From positions 49,084 through 113,083 of the forward strand of contig JARLHC010000056.1 of NCBI GenBank assembly GCA_031292455.1: a stretch of DNA of 64,000 nt. The letters are read 5' to 3'. The stretch comes from Ignavibacteriaceae bacterium. Lineage in GTDB: Bacteria > Bacteroidota > Ignavibacteria > Ignavibacteriales > Ignavibacteriaceae. The notes beneath the pieces are model-generated. The model saw only the letters and a program-made list of their open reading frames with translations. It made no database searches and was not told where the DNA came from. Position 1 is the first letter of the stretch, and each line of letters opens with the position of its first letter. The translations under genes were made by a program, and so were the position numbers. Shown piece by piece: positions 28,028 to 36,560 of the stretch.

Positions 28028-29086
28028 ATGAGTTCTGATAGGGACCAAAAATTAAAAATTATTGATGAAGCTATTGCAAGTATAGAAAAAACATACGGCA
28101 AAGGTTCAATTATGAAATTAGGGGATGGAGTGGTTAATCCTGTGGAATCAATTCCTACAGGAGCACTCTCACTTGATTATGCGCTGGGTATCGGCGGCAT
28201 TCCGAGAGGAAGAGTTACTGAAATATATGGTCCTGAATCCAGTGGTAAAACAACCCTCTGCCTTCATATCATAGCTGAAGCTCAGAAAATGGGAGGGCTG
28301 GCTGCCTTCATTGATGCTGAACATGCCCTCGATGTAAATTATGCAAAAAGACTTGGCGTCGATACTGCAAATCTCCTTCTCTCTCAACCCGATTTCGGCG
28401 AGCAGGCCCTCGAAATTACAGATACTCTGGTCAGAAGCAATGCTCTGGATATTATCGTTATCGACTCTGTGGCTGCCCTTGTACCACGCTCAGAGATCGA
28501 AGGCGAAATGGGTGATGCAACTATGGCTGTACAGGCTAGATTGATGTCCCAGGCCCTTAGAAAGCTTACTGGAGCCATTTCTAAGTCCAAAACCGCTGTT
28601 GTTTTCATTAACCAGCTCAGAAGCAAGATCGGCGTTATGTTCGGTAATCCGGAAACTACTACCGGTGGTAATGCCCTTAAATTCTATGCTTCCGTAAGGA
28701 TCGATATCCGCCGTATAGCTGCTATTAAAGAAGGTAATGATGTCGTTGGTAACAGAACTAAGGTTAAAATTGTAAAAAGTAAGGTCGCTCCACCATTCAA
28801 AGAAGTGGAATTCGATATCCTGTATAATGAAGGCATCAGTAAAACAGGTGACCTCCTCGACCTTGCCGTTAACTTCAATATAGTTAAAAAAAGCGGTGCC
28901 TGGTTTACTTATGATGAGGAAAGATTCCAGGGCAGGGAACAGATGAGACAAAAATTAATCGAATCTGCTGAACTATTTAAAAAACTGGATACTGAAGTTA
29001 AAACAAAACTTGGTATGACTACCGTTAAACCGGAATCCAAACAGGAAGAAAAACCTGCACCCAAGGAAAAGAAAGCTGTAAAGTAA
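28028..29086 (+). CDS. recA: Recombinase RecA
   Basis: [10 protein letters not shown] (Walker A), [18 protein letters not shown] and [18 protein letters not shown] Shine-Dalgarno lies upstream. Confidence 0.98.
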   Translation: MSSDRDQKLKIIDEAIASIEKTYGKGSIMKLGDGVVNPVESIPTGALSLDYALGIGGIPRGRVTEIYGPESSGKTTLCLHIIAEAQKMGGLAAFIDAEHALDVNYAKRLGVDTANLLLSQPDFGEQALEITDTLVRSNALDIIVIDSVAALVPRSEIEGEMGDATMAVQARLMSQALRKLTGAISKSKTAVVFINQLRSKIGVMFGNPETTTGGNALKFYASVRIDIRRIAAIKEGNDVVGNRTKVKIVKSKVAPPFKEVEFDILYNEGISKTGDLLDLAVNFNIVKKSGAWFTYDEERFQGREQMRQKLIESAELFKKLDTEVKTKLGMTTVKPESKQEEKPAPKEKKAVK

Positions 29087-29093
29087 TAAAATT

Positions 29094-29741
29094 ATGGTTA
29101 TTGAAAGGATCGAAAAGAAAGATAGCATCAATGTTATAGTTCACCTGGATAATAATCTAAAACTTTATCTTGCTTATGAAGTGTTATTAAGAAATGGCTT
29201 GAGGAAAGGGAGCGAAATTTCCGAAAGCCATTTCGATATTCTTGTCAGGGAGAATCAGAAATTTTTTATTAAGCAGAAAGCATTTACTCTGCTCGGAAAA
29301 CGCCTCCATTCTGTCTATGAGCTTAGAACTAAATTAAGACAAAAAAAATATGACCTGGATCTTATAAATCAGACTATCGATGATCTCATAAAAGGGGACT
29401 ATCTCAATGATACTAGGTTTGCTGAATTGTATTCGGATGAGAAATTAAGACTCAAGCTCTGGGGAAAAACTAAATTAAAATCTGAACTTATTAAAAAAGG
29501 TATTTCCTCTCAAATCATAACAGCTTTCCTGGAAGAGAAGTTCCCTGGTTCTTCTGAAGAGATGGATAATGCCCTGAGTCTTGTTACTAAAAAATATAAT
29601 TCCCTTAAGAACAGGAATATGGAACATCAGAAACTCGTTCAGCGCTTATATGCTTTTCTGATTTCTAAGGGGTATAGCTACGATATTGCTAAGCAGACAG
29701 TAGGAAAATTATTTAACCTAACTTTAGAGGAAGAGCAGTAA
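29094..29741 (+). CDS. recX: Recombination regulator RecX
   Basis: It lies directly after recA. The helical-repeat protein carries LRQKKYD...I...L...GYLND.RFA and LISKGYSYD, both typical of RecX. Confidence 0.8.
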   Translation: MVIERIEKKDSINVIVHLDNNLKLYLAYEVLLRNGLRKGSEISESHFDILVRENQKFFIKQKAFTLLGKRLHSVYELRTKLRQKKYDLDLINQTIDDLIKGDYLNDTRFAELYSDEKLRLKLWGKTKLKSELIKKGISSQIITAFLEEKFPGSSEEMDNALSLVTKKYNSLKNRNMEHQKLVQRLYAFLISKGYSYDIAKQTVGKLFNLTLEEEQ

Positions 29742-30123
29742 TCATCTGTTTCAGTTCCGGTATTTCAACACTCTGTACGGCATCTTCAATTGAAAACCAT
29801 TTCCTCTTTCTCTTTTCTTTGTCGGGATATTCTTCAAGTATTTCTGTCACTTCCATTGAATATACTCTTATATAACATTTCCCGATATCTTTATGCACTG
29901 CGAATGATCCTAATTCTATGGTCTCGTTCTCCCCGTATATTCCGGCCTCTTCATATGCTTCCTTTTTGGCAGATTCAAAATGTGAAAGATTGAATTCAAC
30001 ATACCCCTTTGGTATTATCCATTTCTTCTTTCTGATCGAGGTAATAAGCAAAACTTCAATCCTGTTATCTTTCCTTCTGTATGGAATGACTCCCGATTGT
30101 GTGAAATTAAATTCAAGTTTCAA
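29713..30123 (-). CDS. NUDIX hydrolase
   Basis: Nudix box GYVEFNLSHFESAKKEAYEEAGI (G-x5-E-x7-xE-x2-EE-x-G). Confidence 0.85.
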   Translation of the reverse strand: MKLEFNFTQSGVIPYRRKDNRIEVLLITSIRKKKWIIPKGYVEFNLSHFESAKKEAYEEAGIYGENETIELGSFAVHKDIGKCYIRVYSMEVTEILEEYPDKEKRKRKWFSIEDAVQSVEIPELKQMITALPLKLG

Positions 30124-30327
30124 TATGTATGAACTCCCGATTCAATATCTCTGTCAATTGGACTATATGTATTATAACTAACAACATTAATAATTTTTAA
30201 TACTAATAATTACATATTATCAAACAAAATTTTATATTTTTTATAAATACGATTCTATAAAGTTAAATAATTTTTTGCTCTAAAGCGGGAGCAAAATAGA
30301 TGTCTTAATAATTAGCTAAAGGGTAAG

Positions 30328-30543
30328 ATGGCAAAAATAAATTTAACAACTAAACCTATTTCTGAACAGGTAAGAATATTAAAAGATTATCTGATTAGGC
30401 GCGCCCAGCATAAAACACAGGGAGAGGTCTCAATTGACCAGGTTATTAAAAAATTTAAACATAAAAAACTATTAAACAACAGAACTAAAGCTGGTCATTT
30501 TGATAAACTTCTGAAAATGATAAAAAATGATACTCAGACATAG
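30328..30543 (+). CDS. Hypothetical small basic protein
   Basis: 71-aa Lys-rich ORF with no recognisable motif. AAGGGTAAG lies upstream of the ATG. Confidence 0.35.
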   Translation: MAKINLTTKPISEQVRILKDYLIRRAQHKTQGEVSIDQVIKKFKHKKLLNNRTKAGHFDKLLKMIKNDTQT

Positions 30544-30564
30544 CCTCACTCCAATATTATTCCT

Positions 30565-31062
30565 TTAACCTACCCAGTTTTCTGCCTGGGAATTTTTCTG
30601 CTTAAATAATCCATGGGGAGCAGAAAAAGTACTTGCCTTCAGACATAGAACAGGAATTTCAGAGAGCTTTAATACTTTGTTAGTAACGCTTCCTGTTAAT
30701 AAATTGGTGATTCCTGTCCATCCGTGGGTTGAGATTACTATCATATCTACCTTATTCTCCCTGGAATATAATAAAATCTGCTCGTGAGGTTTCCCGTAGT
30801 TTACTGCTTTTACTATTTGAACTGGATCCTTGGGAAGCTTCTCAAGGAATTTTCCGAATTCTTCCTCTACGCATTCCTCTGTCATGCATTCAGCACCATC
30901 TTCCATCAGACTATATTTGCGTAATGAAGAAACAGTTTCAATTGTGTGTAATAAATGCAGGGTGGATTTATTCTGGGTGGCTAACAGATATCCGAAATCT
31001 AAGGCTTGGAAGGAATTTTCTGAAAAATCGATTGGTACAAGGATATTTTTTATGCTAATCAC
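30565..31062 (-). CDS. Universal stress protein (UspA family)
   Basis: ILVPIDFSENS ... DMIVISTHGWTGITNLLTGSVTNKVL, which includes the USP ATP-binding G-x2-G-x9-G-S motif. Confidence 0.8.
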   Translation of the reverse strand: MISIKNILVPIDFSENSFQALDFGYLLATQNKSTLHLLHTIETVSSLRKYSLMEDGAECMTEECVEEEFGKFLEKLPKDPVQIVKAVNYGKPHEQILLYSRENKVDMIVISTHGWTGITNLLTGSVTNKVLKLSEIPVLCLKASTFSAPHGLFKQKNSQAENWVG

Positions 31063-31095
31063 AAAACACCTCCTTATCTAAAAACTTAGAAGCCG

Positions 31096-31446
31096 TTAAG
31101 CTACAAGTGCGGAGAGTTTCATCGATACTTCATTAAGATCAAACGGCTTATAAAAAATTGTATTTACGTATTTTCTGATATTTAAATCAAAATCTTTAAG
31201 CTGATTTTTGTATACATATGTGAGTATAACAGGGATCTTTATTTCACTTTTTATCTCCCTGCAGAAGTTTTCTATCTTTGCCGATGGTTCAGCATCAAGT
31301 ATAACTAAGTCAAATTCTGATGTATGGATAATATTTTTTAAGACTTCCAGATCTGTGGTTGCCGTAATATTATAGCGGTTCTGTAAGTACATTAGAAGAC
31401 TTACACACATATTAAAATCTGTACTATAGAATGCTATGCTTTTCAT
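31096..31446 (-). CDS. Single-domain response-regulator receiver (CheY-like, partly degenerate acidic pocket)
   Basis: 116 aa. It has DLVILDAEP (putative phospho-Asp), VILTY (Thr) and FYKPF (Lys-Pro). The N-terminal acidic pair is reduced to STD. Confidence 0.6.
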   Translation of the reverse strand: MKSIAFYSTDFNMCVSLLMYLQNRYNITATTDLEVLKNIIHTSEFDLVILDAEPSAKIENFCREIKSEIKIPVILTYVYKNQLKDFDLNIRKYVNTIFYKPFDLNEVSMKLSALVA

Positions 31447-31503
31447 TTAACCCGGATTCTTTCAATAAAACCAATTTTGAGACGCTCTTATTCCTGCTAA
31501 ATA

Positions 31504-31520
31504 GACTATTTATGTGCCAG
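31504..31520 (-). promoter_or_regulatory. Sigma-54-like promoter candidate (CTGGCAC-N5-TAGTC)
   Basis: The minus strand reads CTGGCACATAAATAGTC, 58 nt upstream of the receiver ATG (31446) and ~145 nt downstream of the NtrC-type activator gene. The specified bases match the site at 6647-6663. Confidence 0.4.
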
Positions 31521-31662
31521 AGAATGTGAGGTCTAAAATTGCCTAAATGTTAGAATATTGATTAAAAACGCATATTACGATTTCCCTTGTTTCCCGCATA
31601 TGGAAAAGTGATAATTTTATTGTTTTAATAATTGAGAAAATTATGATTGGATATCCTAATAA

Positions 31663-33018
31663 TTAAGCTTTAATATCCAATTCCTTTAATTTTCTATATA
31701 ATGTAGATAGCCCTACCTGAAGAAGTTCAGAGGTTTTCTCTTTGTTATATGCATTGCTCTCTAATGCTTTCAATATGTAATCCCTCTCAAATCTTCTTAC
31801 CGATTCCTCAAGTGAGCCGAGCTTTGAGAAATCAACAATCCCAAACTTGGGTCTGAAAGCGGGAGGAAGGTCTTGTATTGTTATATATTCGCCTTTACAG
31901 AATATTACCGATCTCTCTATTATATTTTCCAGTTCCCGTACTTCTCCTCTCCATTCGTAACTAATCAGTGCTCTTATAGCTTCATTATCAATTCCCTTAA
32001 TGTTTTTATTCATTTCCTTCCTGTATTTGTCAAGGAAATGATCGGCTAATAATGGTATGTCTTCTTCTCTTTCTTTCAGAGAAGGGAGGTTTATTTCTAT
32101 TACGTTTAACCTAAAATAGAGATCCTCTCTGAATTTACCTGCATTAATTTCTTCCTTTAATTCTTTATTTGTTGTAGCGATAAACCTTACATTCACAGGA
32201 AAGGATGTTGTAGTACCAACCGGAGTAAATTCTTTTTCCTGTAATACCCTTAATAGTTTAACCTGTAACTGTAATGGAAGTTCGCTGATCTCATCAAGAA
32301 ATAAAGTACCGCCGTCTGCTGCTTTTATAAACCCTTCCTTATCTGATATTGCTCCGGTAAAGGCCCCTCTTTTATGTCCAAATAATTCACTCTCGATAAG
32401 GTTCTCTGTTATAGCTCCGCAGTTAACAGTAATAAACGGCTTATTCTTCCTTTTGCTTTTGTAGTGCAATGCTTTTGCTACCAGTTCCTTTCCGGTACCG
32501 CTGTTGCCTGTTATTAATACCGTACTATCAGTCTCCGCTACAGTCTGTATCATATCATATATTTTTTTGATAGCCGGACTCTTGCCGACTATATTATCAA
32601 AATCATAGCTTCGCTGTATCTCTTTCTTGAGTATTCGGTTCTCAAGTAAAAGCTCTTTAATCTCAAACATCCTTTTTATCTTAATGATTAATTCATCAAA
32701 CTCAATCGGTTTAAGTATGTAATCACTTGCACCGGCTCTTAATGCAGAAATAGCCGTATCCAGTGAGCCGAAAGCGGTTATTATAATAATTGAAGTATGA
32801 ATATTCAGTTTCTTAATCTCTTCCAGCAACTCTATCCCCCTCATCTGGGGCATTTCAAGATCAGTGACTACTATATCATAGTTGCCTTCAAGCAGCTTTC
32901 CCTGCGCAACCCTGCCGTTCTCTGCTTCATCAACGTCATATCCTTCTTTTCTCAGAATGAATGATAGTGATTCCCTGATTATATCTTCATCATCAACTAC
33001 TAGTATTTTTCCAGACAT
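31663..33018 (-). CDS. Sigma-54-dependent response regulator (NtrC family)
   Basis: Receiver (ILVVDDE, VVTDLEMP), AAA+ domain (GNSGTGKE Walker A, GAFTGA sigma-54 contact loop, LFLDEI) and a C-terminal HTH (TSELLQVGLSTLYRKLK). Confidence 0.92.
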   Translation of the reverse strand: MSGKILVVDDEDIIRESLSFILRKEGYDVDEAENGRVAQGKLLEGNYDIVVTDLEMPQMRGIELLEEIKKLNIHTSIIIITAFGSLDTAISALRAGASDYILKPIEFDELIIKIKRMFEIKELLLENRILKKEIQRSYDFDNIVGKSPAIKKIYDMIQTVAETDSTVLITGNSGTGKELVAKALHYKSKRKNKPFITVNCGAITENLIESELFGHKRGAFTGAISDKEGFIKAADGGTLFLDEISELPLQLQVKLLRVLQEKEFTPVGTTTSFPVNVRFIATTNKELKEEINAGKFREDLYFRLNVIEINLPSLKEREEDIPLLADHFLDKYRKEMNKNIKGIDNEAIRALISYEWRGEVRELENIIERSVIFCKGEYITIQDLPPAFRPKFGIVDFSKLGSLEESVRRFERDYILKALESNAYNKEKTSELLQVGLSTLYRKLKELDIKA

Positions 33019-33027
33019 TTTTTCCTC

Positions 33028-34464
33028 TTAAGGATGAATTGGTAAAAGTATTTTAAATATTGTCCCCTCATCGATCGTGCTCTCTACAAGTATATCTCCC
33101 TGGAAACTTTTAATGATTCCATAACTTACCCATAGGCCTAATCCCGTCCCTTTTCCTTCTTTTTTTGTAGTGTAGAAAGGCTCAAAAATCTTTACAAGAT
33201 TTTCTTCCTGTATTCCCACTCCATCATCTTCAAATGTAATGATTACATTATCTTCATTTGCATCCGTTTTTACTTCAACATTACAATCCCGCTTCGGAGG
33301 ATTATGTTCCGAGATGGCATCCACAGCATTAAGAAGGATATTAACGAAGACTTGCTGAATTTGATCTGCCACAAGTGGTAAGAGCGGAATCTTATCACTT
33401 AAGAATACTTTGAAATTTATATTCTTTGCCTTGGTTCCTACCTTAATAATTTCAACAGCTTCTGCTACATTATGATTAATATCTGTAAGCTGTAGCTCAT
33501 AGTTTGACGGACGTGAGAAGTCAACCAGATCCCTGATGATTTTAGATATCCTGGTTACCTGATTCTTTACAAGCTCAAGCTTCTCTTTTACAAATGGATC
33601 ATCAGTAGAACGCTGCACTACCTGTACTAATGCTGAAATGGATGCAAGAGGATTTCCTACTTCATGCGCTACACCGGCTGCCAGTGTTCCTATGCTTTCC
33701 ATTTTCTGGGTATGTATGAGTTGCCTCTCCATTATCCTCTTTTCAGAAAGATCCCTGTGAATACCAAAGAATGCTGAGACATTTCCATCCTGGTCTAATA
33801 TGGGTGAAATAAGCAGCTGTGTAAAAAAAGGCTCCCCCCCTTTCTTTCTGTTCTCTACTTCTCCTACCCATACTTTACCGGAATTAATAGTATTCCATAC
33901 TCTGGTCCAGAATTTCCTTGAGTGTTTCCCGCTGCCGAATATGCTGGGATTTTGTCCGATAAGCTCTTCTTTACTATACCCGCTCACTTGTGTGAACGCT
34001 GGATTAGCATAAACCATTTTTCCGGTTATATCGGTTATCTGAAGCGGATTAACTGTATTCTCAGCAACATAGTAAAATCGAAGCAAATCGAGTTCTTTTT
34101 TTCTTTGCTCGGTAATGTTCTTTGCTATAATAAAATATATTTCAGGTTGTTCCTTCTCTTTATTTTTAGACGGAATGATTAGAATGCTTACATCTATTAG
34201 TTCCTTATCCAGAGCAATTACAGAATAAACACTTTCACTCTTTGAATTCATAACACAATTGGTAAATATCAACCTGAACTTTTCTTTAAATGTTGTCTCC
34301 ATCAGATCAATGAAGTTCGTACCTATTATTATTGTTCCATTCGATAAAAGTGCATCATGAGCAGAATTATTGATTTTGAGGATTTCTCCGGTTGAGGACA
34401 GTATAAAGCACATATCATGAAAACTCTCAAACAATTCAAATCCGAAACTATATTTATTATTCAT
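33028..34464 (-). CDS. PAS-domain sensor histidine kinase
   Basis: PAS segment (PLQITDITGKMVYANPAFTQVSGYSKEELIGQN), H-box AAGVAHEVGNPL, N-box VNILLNAVDA, G-boxes EDDGVGI and GTGLGL. Confidence 0.88.
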   Translation of the reverse strand: MNNKYSFGFELFESFHDMCFILSSTGEILKINNSAHDALLSNGTIIIGTNFIDLMETTFKEKFRLIFTNCVMNSKSESVYSVIALDKELIDVSILIIPSKNKEKEQPEIYFIIAKNITEQRKKELDLLRFYYVAENTVNPLQITDITGKMVYANPAFTQVSGYSKEELIGQNPSIFGSGKHSRKFWTRVWNTINSGKVWVGEVENRKKGGEPFFTQLLISPILDQDGNVSAFFGIHRDLSEKRIMERQLIHTQKMESIGTLAAGVAHEVGNPLASISALVQVVQRSTDDPFVKEKLELVKNQVTRISKIIRDLVDFSRPSNYELQLTDINHNVAEAVEIIKVGTKAKNINFKVFLSDKIPLLPLVADQIQQVFVNILLNAVDAISEHNPPKRDCNVEVKTDANEDNVIITFEDDGVGIQEENLVKIFEPFYTTKKEGKGTGLGLWVSYGIIKSFQGDILVESTIDEGTIFKILLPIHP

Positions 34465-34596
34465 CGTGTCTTATTGATATAATTATAGAAGTCATATGCA
34501 AAATTAAAGAATTGTAGACAACACTCCCAATATTGAGAAAATTTGGTAAATTGAAAAGCAATATATATTATTTCCCTTACTAATTATAATTATTAT

Positions 34597-35370
34597 ATGC
34601 GTTTAAATCTTGTCCAATATAACCCTGTTTGGGAAGACAAAAAAGCTAATAAAAACAGCCTAATAAAACTAATTTCCGAACATTATGCCGAATATCCGGC
34701 CGAAAATTCGGTAATTATCCTTCCAGAACTGACTTTATCCGGATTTACTATGAAATCAAAGGATTTTGCAGAGGTTCTTATGGGTGATAGTTTTAAGTTC
34801 TTCACTGGAATTGCTCAAAACTATAAAACTCATATTATAGCAGGCCTGATTGAAAAAGCTGAAGACCAATTTTATAATACTCTGATTCACATAAATCCTT
34901 CCGGAGAATTGGTTAACAGTTATAGGAAAATACATCCCTTTTCTTATTCTAATGAACATATGTATTATTCCAGGGGGAATAAACCGGTTATTACTGAAAT
35001 CAATGGCTGGAAAGTAGGGCTGTCTGTCTGTTACGATCTTAGGTTTCCCGAGCTCTACAGGTACTATGGAAAAGAAAGAGCTGAGTTGATTATTATTATT
35101 GCCAATTGGCCCGATTCAAGGATTGCCCAATGGAGAACTTTACTTTCGGCAAGAGCTATTGAGAACCAATGTTATGTCGCGGCAGTTAACAGAGTAGGGG
35201 ATTATCTTAATCTTCATTATAATGGTTATTCCTCTATTTTTGATCCATTGGGGAATGAGCTCGCTGCCTTACCCGATAAAGAGAAAATTATTTCGGCTGA
35301 TATTACAAAGGATAATGTAGAACAGGTTAGAGCTAAATTTCCCTTTCTTGATGATATCTTTCTTATTTGA
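34597..35370 (+). CDS. Carbon-nitrogen hydrolase family protein (nitrilase/omega-amidase-like)
   Basis: ILPELTLSGF (catalytic Glu), YRKIHPF (Lys), GLSVCYDLRFPE (Cys). Confidence 0.85.
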   Translation: MRLNLVQYNPVWEDKKANKNSLIKLISEHYAEYPAENSVIILPELTLSGFTMKSKDFAEVLMGDSFKFFTGIAQNYKTHIIAGLIEKAEDQFYNTLIHINPSGELVNSYRKIHPFSYSNEHMYYSRGNKPVITEINGWKVGLSVCYDLRFPELYRYYGKERAELIIIIANWPDSRIAQWRTLLSARAIENQCYVAAVNRVGDYLNLHYNGYSSIFDPLGNELAALPDKEKIISADITKDNVEQVRAKFPFLDDIFLI

Positions 35371-35373
35371 TAT

Positions 35374-35401
35374 AAAAAGCCCGCCGATGGGCAGACTTTT
35401 T
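35374..35401. terminator. Possible bidirectional terminator between convergent genes
   Basis: In AAAAAGCCCGCCGATGGGCAGACTTTTT, an A5G/CT5 outer stem flanks a short CCC/GGG inner stem. The structure is imperfect. Confidence 0.3.
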
Positions 35402-35409
35402 AATTATCA

Positions 35410-35958
35410 CTATCCTAAGGTCTTCTGCCCTTTCTCCCAATTACAGGGGGTTTTCTCACCTGTCTGAAGTGCATCCAGAACTCTTATAACCTCATGAATA
35501 TTCCTTCCAACATCAAGGTCATTAGCATTTACCCACCGTATAATTCCATCAGGATCAACTATATAAGTTACCCTATATGCTATTTTCTCATTGGCCTCAA
35601 GTATACCTAATGATTCAGCCAAAGATTTGGATGTATCTGCTATTAACGGAAATTTTAACCCCTTAAGATCGGGATGGTCATTCCTCCATGCTAAATGCAC
35701 ATATTCTGAATCTGTTGAAGCTCCGTATAGAACAGTATTTCTCACTTTGAATTCTTCAAAATTATGGTTGAATTCAGCTATTTCAGTAGGACAAACAAAT
35801 GTAAAATCCTTGGGGTACCAGAACATTACCATCCATTGCCCTGCCTTTTTATGCTCATCAAATGAGATTTCCTTGAATTCCTTTCCCATCTCCAATGATA
35901 CGACGGCTTTTTTCTTAAACTCCGGAAATTGAGATCCGATTGATAATATTTTATTCAT
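35410..35958 (-). CDS. 2-Cys peroxiredoxin (AhpC/Prx1 subfamily)
   Basis: Peroxidatic Cys motif DFTFVCPTE and a resolving Cys in GEKTPCNWEKG. Confidence 0.9.
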   Translation of the reverse strand: MNKILSIGSQFPEFKKKAVVSLEMGKEFKEISFDEHKKAGQWMVMFWYPKDFTFVCPTEIAEFNHNFEEFKVRNTVLYGASTDSEYVHLAWRNDHPDLKGLKFPLIADTSKSLAESLGILEANEKIAYRVTYIVDPDGIIRWVNANDLDVGRNIHEVIRVLDALQTGEKTPCNWEKGQKTLG

Positions 35959-36161
35959 TTCTTAACCTTTATTTATAATAATTAATATATATTATTCTGT
36001 TTAGAAAATTATTCAAAATGAAATTGTTCATAATGTCCTGGATTTCATTTATAAACGGAAATATTATATATCTTTGCAAATAGCTTTAACAGTTTTTATT
36101 AAAACAATCTAAGCCCTTTTCCTGATCAAAGCATCCTAATTAATATTATTATTTACTCTTT

Positions 36162-36560
36162 ATGATTATACATAAAATAAAAATAAATTTTTTTGATTGT
36201 GATCCGGCTGGCATATTGTTCTATGGGAGATTTTTCCAGATATGCCATTCTGCGTATGAAGCTATGATCTCATCATTCTCTCTTGTGGAAGACTATTGGA
36301 ATAATACAGACTATGTTGTACCGATCTCTTATACTGAAGCAAAATATCTGAAACCCGTGAGATATGATGAATCACTTACTGTCGAGTTAACGGTTACTCA
36401 ACTTAAGAGCAGTTCCTTTGAACTTGGTTATTTGTGTAGAAATGAGAACGGGGAATTATGTGCTAAAGTAAAAACAATACATGTCTTTGTTGATAAAAAC
36501 ACATGGAAGAAAAAAGAACTGACTAAGGAAATTAAAGCTGGATTAGAAAAGCATGTTTAA
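36162..36560 (+). CDS. Hotdog-fold acyl-CoA thioesterase (4HBT/YbgC type); candidate DHNA-CoA thioesterase
   Basis: 132 aa. DCDPAGILFYGRFF carries the 4HBT catalytic Asp region. It converges on and overlaps the menE 3' end by 4 nt. The DHNA-CoA role is inferred from context only. Confidence 0.7.
   Translation: MIIHKIKINFFDCDPAGILFYGRFFQICHSAYEAMISSFSLVEDYWNNTDYVVPISYTEAKYLKPVRYDESLTVELTVTQLKSSSFELGYLCRNENGELCAKVKTIHVFVDKNTWKKKELTKEIKAGLEKHV

Noticed and set aside
28384-28951. Antisense and alternative-frame ORFs within recA (28384-28626, 28490-28951, 28684-28878, 28341-28544)
   Set aside because: recA is unambiguous on the plus strand. These ORFs have no start context or motifs and are shadow ORFs.
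30274-30295. 7-bp hairpin TTTGCTC-N8-GAGCAAA upstream of the small ORF at 30328
   Set aside because: No U-tract follows on either strand and no recognisable riboswitch context is present. It may be a leader structure, but the evidence is too thin to call.
34544-34560. TGGTAAATTGAAAAGCA as a sigma-54 promoter upstream of the PAS kinase or nitrilase genes
   Set aside because: The GG-to-GC spacing is one base too long and the -24 box is imperfect (TGGTAA).
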